Virus record (IMG/VR): IMGVR_UViG_3300031774_000009
Coordinates: 1-62,937 of that record
Length of the DNA stretch: 62,937 bases
Reading direction: 5' to 3' (one strand)
DNA from: a virus
Lineage: Duplodnaviria; Caudoviricetes
Part shown: positions 46,281 to 56,150 of the stretch, one piece after another
Position numbering within the stretch: position 1 is the stretch's first letter
How the letters are laid out: each line of letters starts with the position of its first letter
Position numbers and translations under genes: made by a program
The notes under the pieces: generated by a model
Databases searched by the model: none
What the model was told of the DNA's origin: nothing
What the model saw: only the letters and a program-made list of their open reading frames with translations

Positions 46281-48179
46281 ATGGGCAAAATACTACAATA
46301 TCCAGATTTAGGAGCACCTCCAGCAATAACCGATTTGCTATTTATTGGTGATTATAGCGGCGCGCCTTTAAACCCCGTCACAAAACATGTTTCTATTAAC
46401 AACCTTAATAAAAAATATCAAATATGGGCGGCAGACGGCACTGGATTAAAAGTTACTGATGATGGTGGCACTTATGGTCTTCATCTTCATGATGGAGGCA
46501 ATATTGGTGTTGGCCCCGGCGCTGCTACAACTCCGGGTGCTTTTCTATCTGTGAGAGGGGCCGCCGATTCTAATCTCACCTTAGCTAATTTTTTAAATCC
46601 TTCTGCTACGACAGATGGGAAATATCAACAAATTATTTTTGGAACAGATGCAGCTAATGATAAATCTGTTGTTTTTAGATACTATTATAGTACCACAGAT
46701 GATGCTTCCACATTCAGGATTCAATCTTATGAAGATGCAGCCGCTGCAAATCAAATTGGATTACATTTGAAGGGCGACGGTAATGTAGGAGTAGGTACAA
46801 TTGATCCAGAATTTAATTTAGAAGTAGAAGGTGATTTTGGCGTCTACGATGACAATTATGGCGTAATGGTCGATGCGAGTTTAGGTGAACTTCATGGCAT
46901 CTACCGTGGAGGTGGAAGTACGGCGAGTGGCCCCTTACATTTAAATAGAGGAGCTGGAGGTGATGTTTGGTTGATGTACGGTGACGGAAGCAGCCCAGCT
47001 CTGAAGGTTGAATCTACTGATAAAAAAATAAGTATTGGACACAGTACCGCTGCAGCCAGATTAGATATTAAAGAGGCTGACGGTGCAAGTACCCCTGTTT
47101 TAAAGTTGCACAATGCAGCTAGTGGAACTCCTTATACTGCCATGCAACTTACAACAAGTTCTGATAGTCAGTATTTATTTTGGGACGGTTCATCTTTAGC
47201 TATTAAAAATACTATTGGGCCTATTGGAGCGGGATCAGTTAATTTTGGTAAAACAGGTAAAATAGCTATCAATCAAGCTGTTGGCACGCGTAATTTAGAA
47301 GCAAGCGAAACGAGTGGAGAAGGTATTGTAGCTTCTTTAAATTCTACATCATCAGGTAAAGGCTCTAAAATTTTATTTGTTAATACTACGGATTCTGAAA
47401 GCGTTAATCAATCTCAAGGATTTGGCTTTAGTAGTAATTTAAGCGGCACTCAAACTGTATCATGGTTTGGTGGAGTTTATAGGCCAAGTGGTAGTACGAG
47501 GAATTATTTTGCATTAAATTATGTGGGGGCAGCAGCAAGCGGTGGAGATAGCTTGTATACAATAAATACTACTCTCGCCAATAACCCAATGTATTTGGAT
47601 GATCTAGGCAATGTTAGATTTAAAGCTACGGTACAAGCTTCCGCATATTATGATCAAGGAGGTGATAGCGCTGGAAATTATTGTAGAGGAAGATTTATAC
47701 AAACTTTCTCGTATCGATATTTTTATACAGTAACCGGTAATCAACGATGGACTCCATTATTTTCAGAGCCTGTAGATACTACTAATAATTATGATCATGA
47801 TGGTTCAACTACCCCTGATAAATCAATGTGTAGTAAAGCTCCAATGGCAGGTAGGGTGACGAGGCTTGATGTTTCGTTTACAAATAATGTCTCTAATAAT
47901 AGTGTCAGTGCTTATGTATATAGCGGGACAGATGCTCCCACAACTGATTTAAGCTCTTCTAATGCAGCTTATACAGGCACTATAAGCCTTGGAGGATCGC
48001 TTACAGAAGGAGATTATACAATAGGTTATGATGATTTTACGGAACCAGCAGGTCAAACTAATCGAGATTTTGCTGCAGGAGAATTTTTAATGTTAGCTAT
48101 AGATAATTCTACTGGTAATGGTAATGCTACAGTTGTTGTAACAGTTGAATTTGATGTACCGGATAATTTAGGCGCTTAA
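46281..48179 (+). CDS. tail fibre/spike-like protein
   Basis: GNIGVG and GNVGVGTIDP repeats typical of fibre proteins. Confidence 0.65.
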   Translation: MGKILQYPDLGAPPAITDLLFIGDYSGAPLNPVTKHVSINNLNKKYQIWAADGTGLKVTDDGGTYGLHLHDGGNIGVGPGAATTPGAFLSVRGAADSNLTLANFLNPSATTDGKYQQIIFGTDAANDKSVVFRYYYSTTDDASTFRIQSYEDAAAANQIGLHLKGDGNVGVGTIDPEFNLEVEGDFGVYDDNYGVMVDASLGELHGIYRGGGSTASGPLHLNRGAGGDVWLMYGDGSSPALKVESTDKKISIGHSTAAARLDIKEADGASTPVLKLHNAASGTPYTAMQLTTSSDSQYLFWDGSSLAIKNTIGPIGAGSVNFGKTGKIAINQAVGTRNLEASETSGEGIVASLNSTSSGKGSKILFVNTTDSESVNQSQGFGFSSNLSGTQTVSWFGGVYRPSGSTRNYFALNYVGAAASGGDSLYTINTTLANNPMYLDDLGNVRFKATVQASAYYDQGGDSAGNYCRGRFIQTFSYRYFYTVTGNQRWTPLFSEPVDTTNNYDHDGSTTPDKSMCSKAPMAGRVTRLDVSFTNNVSNNSVSAYVYSGTDAPTTDLSSSNAAYTGTISLGGSLTEGDYTIGYDDFTEPAGQTNRDFAAGEFLMLAIDNSTGNGNATVVVTVEFDVPDNLGA

Positions 48180-48976
48180 TGGCAACAAAATTTATAAAAT
48201 ACGAAAACGCTTTACTCAAAATCGCTGATCAAAGCATTATGGCTGAATCGGCGGAGTTGGGAGTAGAGGCAGCTTTACAACCGGTGACTAACATCACCGG
48301 TTCTGTGATTAGATATGCTCCTACTGCGCCTGTTCGAGGTACTTTATCTTTTACTCATTATTGTACCGGAGCTTTTCATGACTTTTTAAATCCTTTAACT
48401 GCTATCGAGCATACAGGAGAGCCTTTAGATGGAAGCTTTGCAGGAATGACTTTTTCAAGTGGCTACATTAAAACTTTAAGTTTTTCTATGGCTCCTTATA
48501 GCCCTATACTGTTTCGTTCTGAGATAGATATATATGGAGAATTAAATGCATTAGATAATGATGGAGATACCGATAACGATTTGAGAAACGAAACTACTTT
48601 AGGGCACTCTTTAAGATCTTATATAGTGGGAACAGACACTAAAATAAACAAAAAAGTTTCTTTTGATTATTCCGTTTCAACTGACCGTAACCCAGTAACA
48701 ACAGTAGGAAATACTTTGCCCGCCCGCGTGACGAAAGAAAATGTCCGGATTAACTTATCTATAGCAGGTGAAGATGTAGGTGATGCTATAAAATCTACCG
48801 GTAATTATGCGGAACTTAATATAAAGATTTTGGACACCTATGGGAGTTCTCCAATAGCAACGTTTGGGTGTTCAGGGCAAATATTTAGTCAGAATTTAAC
48901 TGTAACTGAAGGCGGATATATAGACGGAACAATAGCTGTTTCTCAAGAATACATGACGGGAAGGGCTTTTTATTAA
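48179..48976 (+). CDS. tail protein, tube-like fold
   Basis: GYIKTLSFS...SFDYSVSTDRNPV pattern shared with the 45313 gene. Confidence 0.5.
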   Translation: MATKFIKYENALLKIADQSIMAESAELGVEAALQPVTNITGSVIRYAPTAPVRGTLSFTHYCTGAFHDFLNPLTAIEHTGEPLDGSFAGMTFSSGYIKTLSFSMAPYSPILFRSEIDIYGELNALDNDGDTDNDLRNETTLGHSLRSYIVGTDTKINKKVSFDYSVSTDRNPVTTVGNTLPARVTKENVRINLSIAGEDVGDAIKSTGNYAELNIKILDTYGSSPIATFGCSGQIFSQNLTVTEGGYIDGTIAVSQEYMTGRAFY

Positions 48977-50196
48977 TGCCATCTAATCAATCATATGTTT
49001 TTGGATCGGGTGTAACTAATATCCCGGTGGATTCTTTTGAGCTTGGGAACTCCTATTCTCAATACGATATAGTATTTTTTAGTGGTTATACAGATGGCGT
49101 CACCGAATACTTTCCTCCTGTTACAGGGCATTATTATTATAGTGGAGATACTGCCGCCACTTCGACTGCTGCTAATTCTCCTGCAGGAGCTTCTAGTGTT
49201 TGGACGCAAAAGTTATTTTGTGACCCTTCTTATGGAGCAAGCGTAGAATATTTTAATCAAACTTACGATATAACATTTGGAGATGGTTATTACAACTTAG
49301 CCAATAAAAGTGAAAATTCATTAAAGGTTAAATTTAAATTACCTTTCAATAAACGCTCAGACAAAGAAACAAGAAGTTTAGTTCATTTATTTGAAGATTC
49401 TTTTAATAAAGGAGAAAAACCCAGCGGAGCTTATACAGGCATTTATTATACTCCTTTTGCCCCTTACAATGAAGAGCACGAATTCTATATTGAAGAAATT
49501 ACAAGAGGATATGATTACCCTAATGTTAATACCGTTAGCACTACTTTATTACGAGAAGAACAATCTATTTTAGATTGGCAAGGATATTATATTCCTTTTA
49601 ATCAAACTCAAGGTTTTTGGGAAGCGGGGGCAACATATGACACTCATGATATTGTATATTTAAGCGGTGATGGGTATGTGCCCCATGTTTCTGGATGGTA
49701 TTATTATAGCGGAGCAGATGAAACTACTGCTACAGATGCTAATGGCCCTAACGGAGGATATACTTCAATGTGGACAAAAAGTAATTTTTACTTTGAGATA
49801 AATGGAGGGGCTGCAGTCAATCAAGCTCCTCGGTATTTAAAACAACCTACCCAAAGTGATTTTTATATTAGAACTCAAGATGGATTGAATAAAAGCTTAT
49901 TAAACATGAATTTAAGTTTTAATAACAGAAGCGATAAAGAAGCTAAGGCAATTGTACATTTTTTAGAGACCCATCAAGGTAAAAACCAATTTGAATTTAA
50001 ACCTCCTGCTCCTTATGATATATCAGGGAAAGTTTTTGTATGCCCTAAGTGGGAACATCAAATTAACTATGCAGACAATAATAATGTAGGTGTAAATTTT
50101 ATTGAATTTCCGATCAATATATTAAATGAAAATCTTAGTTTTAGTAGTTTAATTACAGTTGATCCATATTTTAACGCATTCGGACCTTTATCATAA
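48976..50196 (+). CDS. minor tail protein, duplicated lambda gpM-like domains
   Basis: FGDGY...NSL...F.KRSDKETRSLVHLFE and DGLNKSL...FNNRSDKEAKAIVHFLE...FEFKPP...FVCPKW. Confidence 0.7.
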   Translation: MPSNQSYVFGSGVTNIPVDSFELGNSYSQYDIVFFSGYTDGVTEYFPPVTGHYYYSGDTAATSTAANSPAGASSVWTQKLFCDPSYGASVEYFNQTYDITFGDGYYNLANKSENSLKVKFKLPFNKRSDKETRSLVHLFEDSFNKGEKPSGAYTGIYYTPFAPYNEEHEFYIEEITRGYDYPNVNTVSTTLLREEQSILDWQGYYIPFNQTQGFWEAGATYDTHDIVYLSGDGYVPHVSGWYYYSGADETTATDANGPNGGYTSMWTKSNFYFEINGGAAVNQAPRYLKQPTQSDFYIRTQDGLNKSLLNMNLSFNNRSDKEAKAIVHFLETHQGKNQFEFKPPAPYDISGKVFVCPKWEHQINYADNNNVGVNFIEFPINILNENLSFSSLITVDPYFNAFGPLS

Positions 50197-53100
50197 TGGC
50201 ATTACCCAGCGCAGTTACTAGTAGAGGAGAAGGCAATAATTTTATTGCCACCACAGGAATGGTGCTTACTGGCATTACTGGCTTTGGTGTGCGCACTGGA
50301 TTTTATTTAACTAATAGTGGAAGTCATGCGATAGAAACAACACTAGGTTATAATGAGGGCAATACTCCCGGCATTTTCGAGTTTCCCTCTGGGCAAGAAT
50401 TTACAATTTTACCCGGCAAAAGCAAATTCATTCCATTTGAGATGACTTTCGTGCAGGATAATATTTATGGTCCTATGACCTCTAACTATTCCACTGGGCC
50501 TGACACTTATGGCAAATATGAGACTTTTTTTATTTTAGACTCAATCTCTCAATATAATGGCGAAGGAGATTCCGAAGGAAGCATAAAAGTAAATGTAACC
50601 GGGCAAGCCACAGGCTTCCAAACTACCAGCGGCCCATGGTGGACTTCAGCTCCAGAGCACCCTTCTGGATTTTTGGTTACCACTGATTATGCCCGTAACG
50701 GCAAGCCAGCATCTGTATTAAGGTGGCAGCACCCATCAACCGGATACTATTTAACTAAATATAAAATCGAATATGCGGGTTCACAAGTAGTAGAAGCAGG
50801 TGTGGGAAGTTGGAGTGGTTTGTATGATTTTGATATTAATTATGAGAAGCAGCAGTATAATGGACCCAATATAACCGGCCCAATTAATTATTATAAATAT
50901 GCTACTAATACAGGTATTGCTCAAAAATATACGAGAGGAACTGCTCCAAATCCCGCTACCCCGTATGGCGAATATACAGTTGATGGCTTAGGGTTTAATG
51001 CCAATTATTATTATAGAATAAAAAGTCAATACGTAGATAGAGATGACTCCATTTCCTATGAAAGTCCTTATGTTTATGGATATCCTGTAGATAATTTTGA
51101 GGCTACAGTTACTGATGCTAATGTTAACGGAGGGTTGTTAAGTGGTAGCAGCACCTTAAGTTCAAGCACAGACCCAAGCGAGGTGATTGCTAATAACACT
51201 TCTAGTCCACAAGCCATGGAAATTTATTTTACGCAAGGACAAAAAGATATTAATTTAAAAACTCTTTTTGATGCCGAGATAAATGAGAGAGGGGGTTCTG
51301 TAAATTCTTTTGATTCTGCTCATGCAGATTATGCTTTCACAGGAGTATACTTTGTTCTTCCGGAAGCAATGAATGTAGGGTCAACAATCCAAGGCCAAGC
51401 GGGGATTACTAGTGGGGGTCGAATAAAATATGGGGGCACCGAAATAAAAACTGTTTTAGAGTTGAAAAAAAATTCTACGGTGGCGGGAATAGGAGGGTTA
51501 GGGGGAGACGGTGGATATACAGATATAAGTATAAAAGAAGATGGGACAGATATACAGTATCGAGGCAAGTTTACAGCTATAGAAAAAGGAGATTCAGAGT
51601 CTTCTACTGATGGAACTCAAGGGAGTCCAGCTATTTATATTAATGATACTACTATAGGGGAATTACGGATTAAAAAACATCCCACAGCACACATTTACGG
51701 CGGCGGCGGCGGCGGAGGAGGGGGAGATCCATTCTTTTGGCCTAAAGCTTTTACTTTTAATTCTAATGATACTTTTACGTACAATAAACATAGCAATTAT
51801 AAGGAAGCTTCAATAATAGTTGAAAATGAAGAGGGAGTTAAAATAAGTGTTAATACTACGGATAAAAATAAAGGCACAGGCGTCAACCTGCGAAATGTAA
51901 GCACCAAGAAAGATCAACGAATTACTTTCACTTTGGCTGATATAGTGGGGACTCAATTAGGAGGAGTGGGAGGCGGGGGACAAGGATTTTCAAGCGCAAG
52001 CGGAGGGGCTAGTTTGAAAATTAAAGAGGGTAATGTTGTCGCCACCTTCTCTCAAACAAATGGTAATTTTCTCAATTCAGGTTATGCTTCAACAGCGGTC
52101 CTTAGTAACAAAACATCTCCGGGCGGAAATGGAGGTGTTTTTGGCCAAGATGGAGATAACGCTTTAAATAGAAATTCTGAATTGTTATTTGAGTCGATTC
52201 CTGATAAGAAAGCTGGGATAGGGGGTTTAGCGGGAGAGGGCATTAAAATTATCACAGGCAATAGTGGATATTCTAATCTGGCTAGCTTGGTTCAATACTC
52301 CAATGCTTTAACTCCCACAAGTGCCAATTTCCCTAGTCTCTTAGCATGGTTTACAAGCGAAGATAGTTCTAAAATTACTACTACAACTTCAGGAAGTCCC
52401 GCGTACAAGTATATTAATAAATGGGAATCTAAAAACGACTCTAGCATTTATATAAATTTTCCATGGACTGGAGCCTCTAATAATAACAAACCTATGCTTA
52501 TTGAGGCTGGAACGACACTTAACTCTGACGCTTACACTAAGCCTTTCAATAAGCAAAATGTAGTATTTTTTGCTCCATTGAGGCAGCCCACTGGAGGAAA
52601 ACTTTATGGATTAGTTAAAAGTGGTAAATTAGAATCGAATATGAGCGGGTTCGAAATAATATATTTTATTTATCCCGGCTCTGTTATGGGCGATAGCCCC
52701 AGCGTATTAGCAACACACGGAAGTTGGGATCTTAGCGCCTTTCGAATATTCGAAGGTAATGATCCAAGTAGAGCTCTTTCAGGTAAGTTTTGGGTAAATG
52801 GAAATGGATATCGAGCAAAGTATGCACCGCTAGGGTTTGGGGTTGCGGATTGGACTCTAAATCAACCTTCTATGTTTTATTATACTGAAGGTAATAAGAA
52901 TATGTCAAGCGAAGGCACAGGCCTCCCTGATCAAAAGCGAGCTTTTTTCAGTGACTTTACCAATGGAATTAGTCCTCAAAGAGCATGGATGTATAGCGTC
53001 TCTGGGTCAAGAGAGGCGGGAGGTATAGAATATAAAATTCATAACGACTTAAAAAATATATATACTAGTACAAATGAATTCAGAGGATTGCGTAGATTTC

Positions 53101-53576
53101 ACTGGCGTCCTATTCCATATATAGGGTTAAACCACGGGACGGTGTTTCCGAATTATAATGCTTTCCATGGAGGGATTAGCGATATTTTAGTTTTCAAAAA
53201 GAGACTAACCGATACCGAAAGGGCGGCGGTATACTCTTATATTGCTAATAAAAGGTTACGAGTGCCGATTGTTAAATACCAGACAGTGACTTCTGGTGGG
53301 ACATCTTATAAAGCAAATTTACAAACGATCTTCATACAACTTACTTCCACTCCAGAATACATCGCAATAGGAAGAAAAATTATTTTTTCTAATGGAGCAG
53401 TGTTTACATTCACTGCAAATGCTCTTAAGTCTGTCAGCGCCATAGTGGTACAAGGAAGTTTGACAAGTGACCTTCCTTCGGGGACAAGTGGCACCTTATA
53501 TCCTTCTGATTTTGATCGTAACACGCTGGAAATGCAAAATGGATTCGCAGGATTCAACGAAGGACCCCAATGGTAA
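50196..53576 (+). CDS. large Gly-rich tail/receptor-binding protein
   Basis: FN3-like segment, GGGGGGGG runs, LamG-like C-terminus (FHGGISDILVFKKRLTDTER). Confidence 0.65.
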   Translation: MALPSAVTSRGEGNNFIATTGMVLTGITGFGVRTGFYLTNSGSHAIETTLGYNEGNTPGIFEFPSGQEFTILPGKSKFIPFEMTFVQDNIYGPMTSNYSTGPDTYGKYETFFILDSISQYNGEGDSEGSIKVNVTGQATGFQTTSGPWWTSAPEHPSGFLVTTDYARNGKPASVLRWQHPSTGYYLTKYKIEYAGSQVVEAGVGSWSGLYDFDINYEKQQYNGPNITGPINYYKYATNTGIAQKYTRGTAPNPATPYGEYTVDGLGFNANYYYRIKSQYVDRDDSISYESPYVYGYPVDNFEATVTDANVNGGLLSGSSTLSSSTDPSEVIANNTSSPQAMEIYFTQGQKDINLKTLFDAEINERGGSVNSFDSAHADYAFTGVYFVLPEAMNVGSTIQGQAGITSGGRIKYGGTEIKTVLELKKNSTVAGIGGLGGDGGYTDISIKEDGTDIQYRGKFTAIEKGDSESSTDGTQGSPAIYINDTTIGELRIKKHPTAHIYGGGGGGGGGDPFFWPKAFTFNSNDTFTYNKHSNYKEASIIVENEEGVKISVNTTDKNKGTGVNLRNVSTKKDQRITFTLADIVGTQLGGVGGGGQGFSSASGGASLKIKEGNVVATFSQTNGNFLNSGYASTAVLSNKTSPGGNGGVFGQDGDNALNRNSELLFESIPDKKAGIGGLAGEGIKIITGNSGYSNLASLVQYSNALTPTSANFPSLLAWFTSEDSSKITTTTSGSPAYKYINKWESKNDSSIYINFPWTGASNNNKPMLIEAGTTLNSDAYTKPFNKQNVVFFAPLRQPTGGKLYGLVKSGKLESNMSGFEIIYFIYPGSVMGDSPSVLATHGSWDLSAFRIFEGNDPSRALSGKFWVNGNGYRAKYAPLGFGVADWTLNQPSMFYYTEGNKNMSSEGTGLPDQKRAFFSDFTNGISPQRAWMYSVSGSREAGGIEYKIHNDLKNIYTSTNEFRGLRRFHWRPIPYIGLNHGTVFPNYNAFHGGISDILVFKKRLTDTERAAVYSYIANKRLRVPIVKYQTVTSGGTSYKANLQTIFIQLTSTPEYIAIGRKIIFSNGAVFTFTANALKSVSAIVVQGSLTSDLPSGTSGTLYPSDFDRNTLEMQNGFAGFNEGPQW

Positions 53577-53582
53577 TATAAT

Positions 53583-55052
53583 ATGTCTACACAATCACAT
53601 AATACAGCTTTACTTGATTTAGAGCCCGATACTTTAATTGAATTATATGAAATTGATTTAGGGGAACAAGATGGCTTGTATCGCTTTCATCCCGGCAAAA
53701 ATAACTTAAAAGATATAATGCTAAGTGATGCTCAAGGTGAACTTCAAACTTATTATCCACTGCCCATTGAAACAAGTGGATGGGAAATGAAAGGGGACGG
53801 ATCATTGCCGAGGCCAAAGTTATTAATGGCTAATCCTCAAGGGCTCATAAGTGATGCAATCAAAAGAAGAGGGGATCTTATTGGCAATACAATTATTCGG
53901 AAAAGAATTTTTATGAAGTTTTTGGATAATGAAAATTTTCCTGATAACTTTAATCCTTTTGCTATCCCTGATCCTAATTCTCGTTTTGACGATGACATTT
54001 TTACTATTAATCGCAAAACTCAGGAAAATAAATACTATATAGAGTGGGAGCTTGTTTCTCCCTTAGAACTGGAAGATGTACAAGTGCCGGCTCGAACAAT
54101 GATTGCTGATTATTGTCCATGGCAGTATAGAGGGGAAGGATGCAGTTATGGCAAAAGATCGGATTTTAAAGAGCAAGCGGTGACAATGGCTAATCAGAAA
54201 GCAGTTACTCCTACTGAATTTTTTGCTAATGACAATGGGGTAAATTTAGGCATTCCTCTTGCTGATGAAAATAATAAAAAATTTACTACTCCAGAGGGAT
54301 ACAATTTAACTTTGAATTGGTGCGGAGACTATGTCAAAGATAGTGTAACGGTAACAGCCGATGGAGCTGCTACTCTTTCTACGGTGACGATCAATAATGG
54401 CGCTGGTTATGCTTACGGTGACACTTCAATGACTGTGGATTCTTTGCCAGTTGCCATTGCTAGTGGTAAGGTCATTACTTTTGCTAATGGGGCGGAGTTT
54501 ACCTTAAGCTCTTTGGCTGGGGCGACCGCGGTTTCCGTTTCAGGAAATTTTCGCGACGGAGACTCTGTGGCTGATAATGAAGTAGGCACTGTTGCCCAAA
54601 CTGTAAGTGTGGATGCATTACCCGCAGCTATAGACAAAGATCGTACAATTGTTTTCAGCACCGGCGCTACTCTTAAATTGGATACGGATGCAGCCAAAAC
54701 AGCCGCATCACTTTCGGGTGTTTTAAGTGCCGCTTTAGCTGACAATTTAGTAGGAAGCACCAAATATGTAGCAGGGGACGTTATAAGAATAATATCCAAA
54801 ATAGAAAATATTGCTAAAAAAGAAGTAACCAAAACCCAAGAAAATTTAGAAACTCGGCCTGATCAATTTTATGTATGCATTGAAGAGGTGGCTACTTCCT
54901 CTGACCCTCGTTATACCATGCAATCATGGCGTAGCGATCAATGCTCTAAAACTTTAAATGGATGTAAATGTAGATATGTAGAGTACGGTATTTACAGGTT
55001 AGGGCTACCTTTTGGAGGATTTCCATCTATTGAAAAGTACAGATATCAGTAA
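53583..55052 (+). CDS. minor tail protein L-like
   Basis: LIELYEID, GSLPRPKL, WELVSPLE, CPWQYRGEGC, DQCSKTLNGCKCR, LPFGGFP. Confidence 0.88.
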   Translation: MSTQSHNTALLDLEPDTLIELYEIDLGEQDGLYRFHPGKNNLKDIMLSDAQGELQTYYPLPIETSGWEMKGDGSLPRPKLLMANPQGLISDAIKRRGDLIGNTIIRKRIFMKFLDNENFPDNFNPFAIPDPNSRFDDDIFTINRKTQENKYYIEWELVSPLELEDVQVPARTMIADYCPWQYRGEGCSYGKRSDFKEQAVTMANQKAVTPTEFFANDNGVNLGIPLADENNKKFTTPEGYNLTLNWCGDYVKDSVTVTADGAATLSTVTINNGAGYAYGDTSMTVDSLPVAIASGKVITFANGAEFTLSSLAGATAVSVSGNFRDGDSVADNEVGTVAQTVSVDALPAAIDKDRTIVFSTGATLKLDTDAAKTAASLSGVLSAALADNLVGSTKYVAGDVIRIISKIENIAKKEVTKTQENLETRPDQFYVCIEEVATSSDPRYTMQSWRSDQCSKTLNGCKCRYVEYGIYRLGLPFGGFPSIEKYRYQ

Positions 55053-55380
55053 AGTTTTTTTAAAAAAAATATCAAAAGTAGGCGAATCATGCAATTTTGA
55101 GATTTGTGGAGCCGCTACCAAAGAAAAATTACATTTTTTTAAAAATTTATCAAAAACCCCCAAAGAAAGTTTTTTTGTATCCCCACAAGAATATGTAGGT
55201 TTATATGATGATATTAAATTTTTCTTCCATTCTCATTGTTTAGGAGGGCCAAAGCCTAGTGAAGCCGATATTGATGCAGCCCGTGAGTTACTAAGACCGT
55301 TTTTAATATATTCTAGTGTAGAAAAAAACTTTTCATTTTATTGCCCAAAAACACAGAAGTCAATTTATTTTTCACTTTAA
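55012..55380 (+). CDS. tail tip protein K-like (JAB/MPN domain only)
   Basis: EICG...FFFHSHCLGGPKPSEADI JAMM motif. Confidence 0.8.
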   Translation: MEDFHLLKSTDISKVFLKKISKVGESCNFEICGAATKEKLHFFKNLSKTPKESFFVSPQEYVGLYDDIKFFFHSHCLGGPKPSEADIDAARELLRPFLIYSSVEKNFSFYCPKTQKSIYFSL

Positions 55381-55399
55381 ATGTGTATAATAATAGGTA

Positions 55400-56146
55400 A
55401 TGACTACAGTTTCATTAGCAGGGCGTCTAGGAGAAATCGTTGGCGTTAATTTTTGTTTTAAAACTCGCAATTTAAGGGAGGTGTTAGCTGCTATAGAGTC
55501 TAATACAGGCAAGTTGCGCAGTTACCTTGGAAATAATGGCAAAAGACGATTTGCTATTTTTGTGAATGAGAGAGAAATTGATCCCACTGCAGGAGAAAAC
55601 ATTGATGTAAGAAATAAAAAAGTTCTTATCATTCCTTTGTTAATGGGAGGTTTCGTGGCGATGACTGCCGCAATTACTTCAGCTATAGTGGGGGCTTCAG
55701 CCGTTGCAGCCGGTACGATAATGGCTAAAGTTGTTTCATTCGTAGTTGGAACTGTTTTAGGTGCTGCGTTAGCTTTTGGTTTAAACCTTCTTATTTCCAA
55801 ACTTATGAAACCTGATGATCCTGATCGAGCCAATACTACTTCTTTTTTGTTTGGTCAAGCAGAGAATGTGGCTCGACAAGGCGTTGTTGTGCCAGTGGGA
55901 TATGGTCGCATGATCATAGGCAGTCGAACAGTTTCAGTAAATTTATTCCAAGTAGACAGATCTCTTTATGATAAAGCTCGTGGAGGAGGAGGGATGGGCT
56001 CTATCGCTTCTATAGTCAAAGATTCTGCTTCATCTATTTCTCCTACTAATGACGGTATTATCAAAATGTCTAATAGGGGGGCGAGTGATCCTATAGATTA
56101 TACTATTAATAGTGATGGATCTTCTTCCGCACCTATAATCCCATAA
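55400..56146 (+). CDS. tail assembly protein I-like
   Basis: VSLAGRLG, hydrophobic middle, NVARQGVVVPVGYGRMIIGS. Confidence 0.85.
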   Translation: MTTVSLAGRLGEIVGVNFCFKTRNLREVLAAIESNTGKLRSYLGNNGKRRFAIFVNEREIDPTAGENIDVRNKKVLIIPLLMGGFVAMTAAITSAIVGASAVAAGTIMAKVVSFVVGTVLGAALAFGLNLLISKLMKPDDPDRANTTSFLFGQAENVARQGVVVPVGYGRMIIGSRTVSVNLFQVDRSLYDKARGGGGMGSIASIVKDSASSISPTNDGIIKMSNRGASDPIDYTINSDGSSSAPIIP

Positions 56147-56150
56147 TATT

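Larger units (their letters stand above)
9736..55388. promoter_or_regulatory. recurrent GTGTAW motif 6-20 nt upstream of middle/late gene starts (putative phage-sigma promoter)
   Basis: + strand at 9736, 10847, 15437, 17677, 20787, 26549, 28596, 32579, 38470, 55383; - strand at 14191, 14530, 17554, 19601, 36666. Confidence 0.7.
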
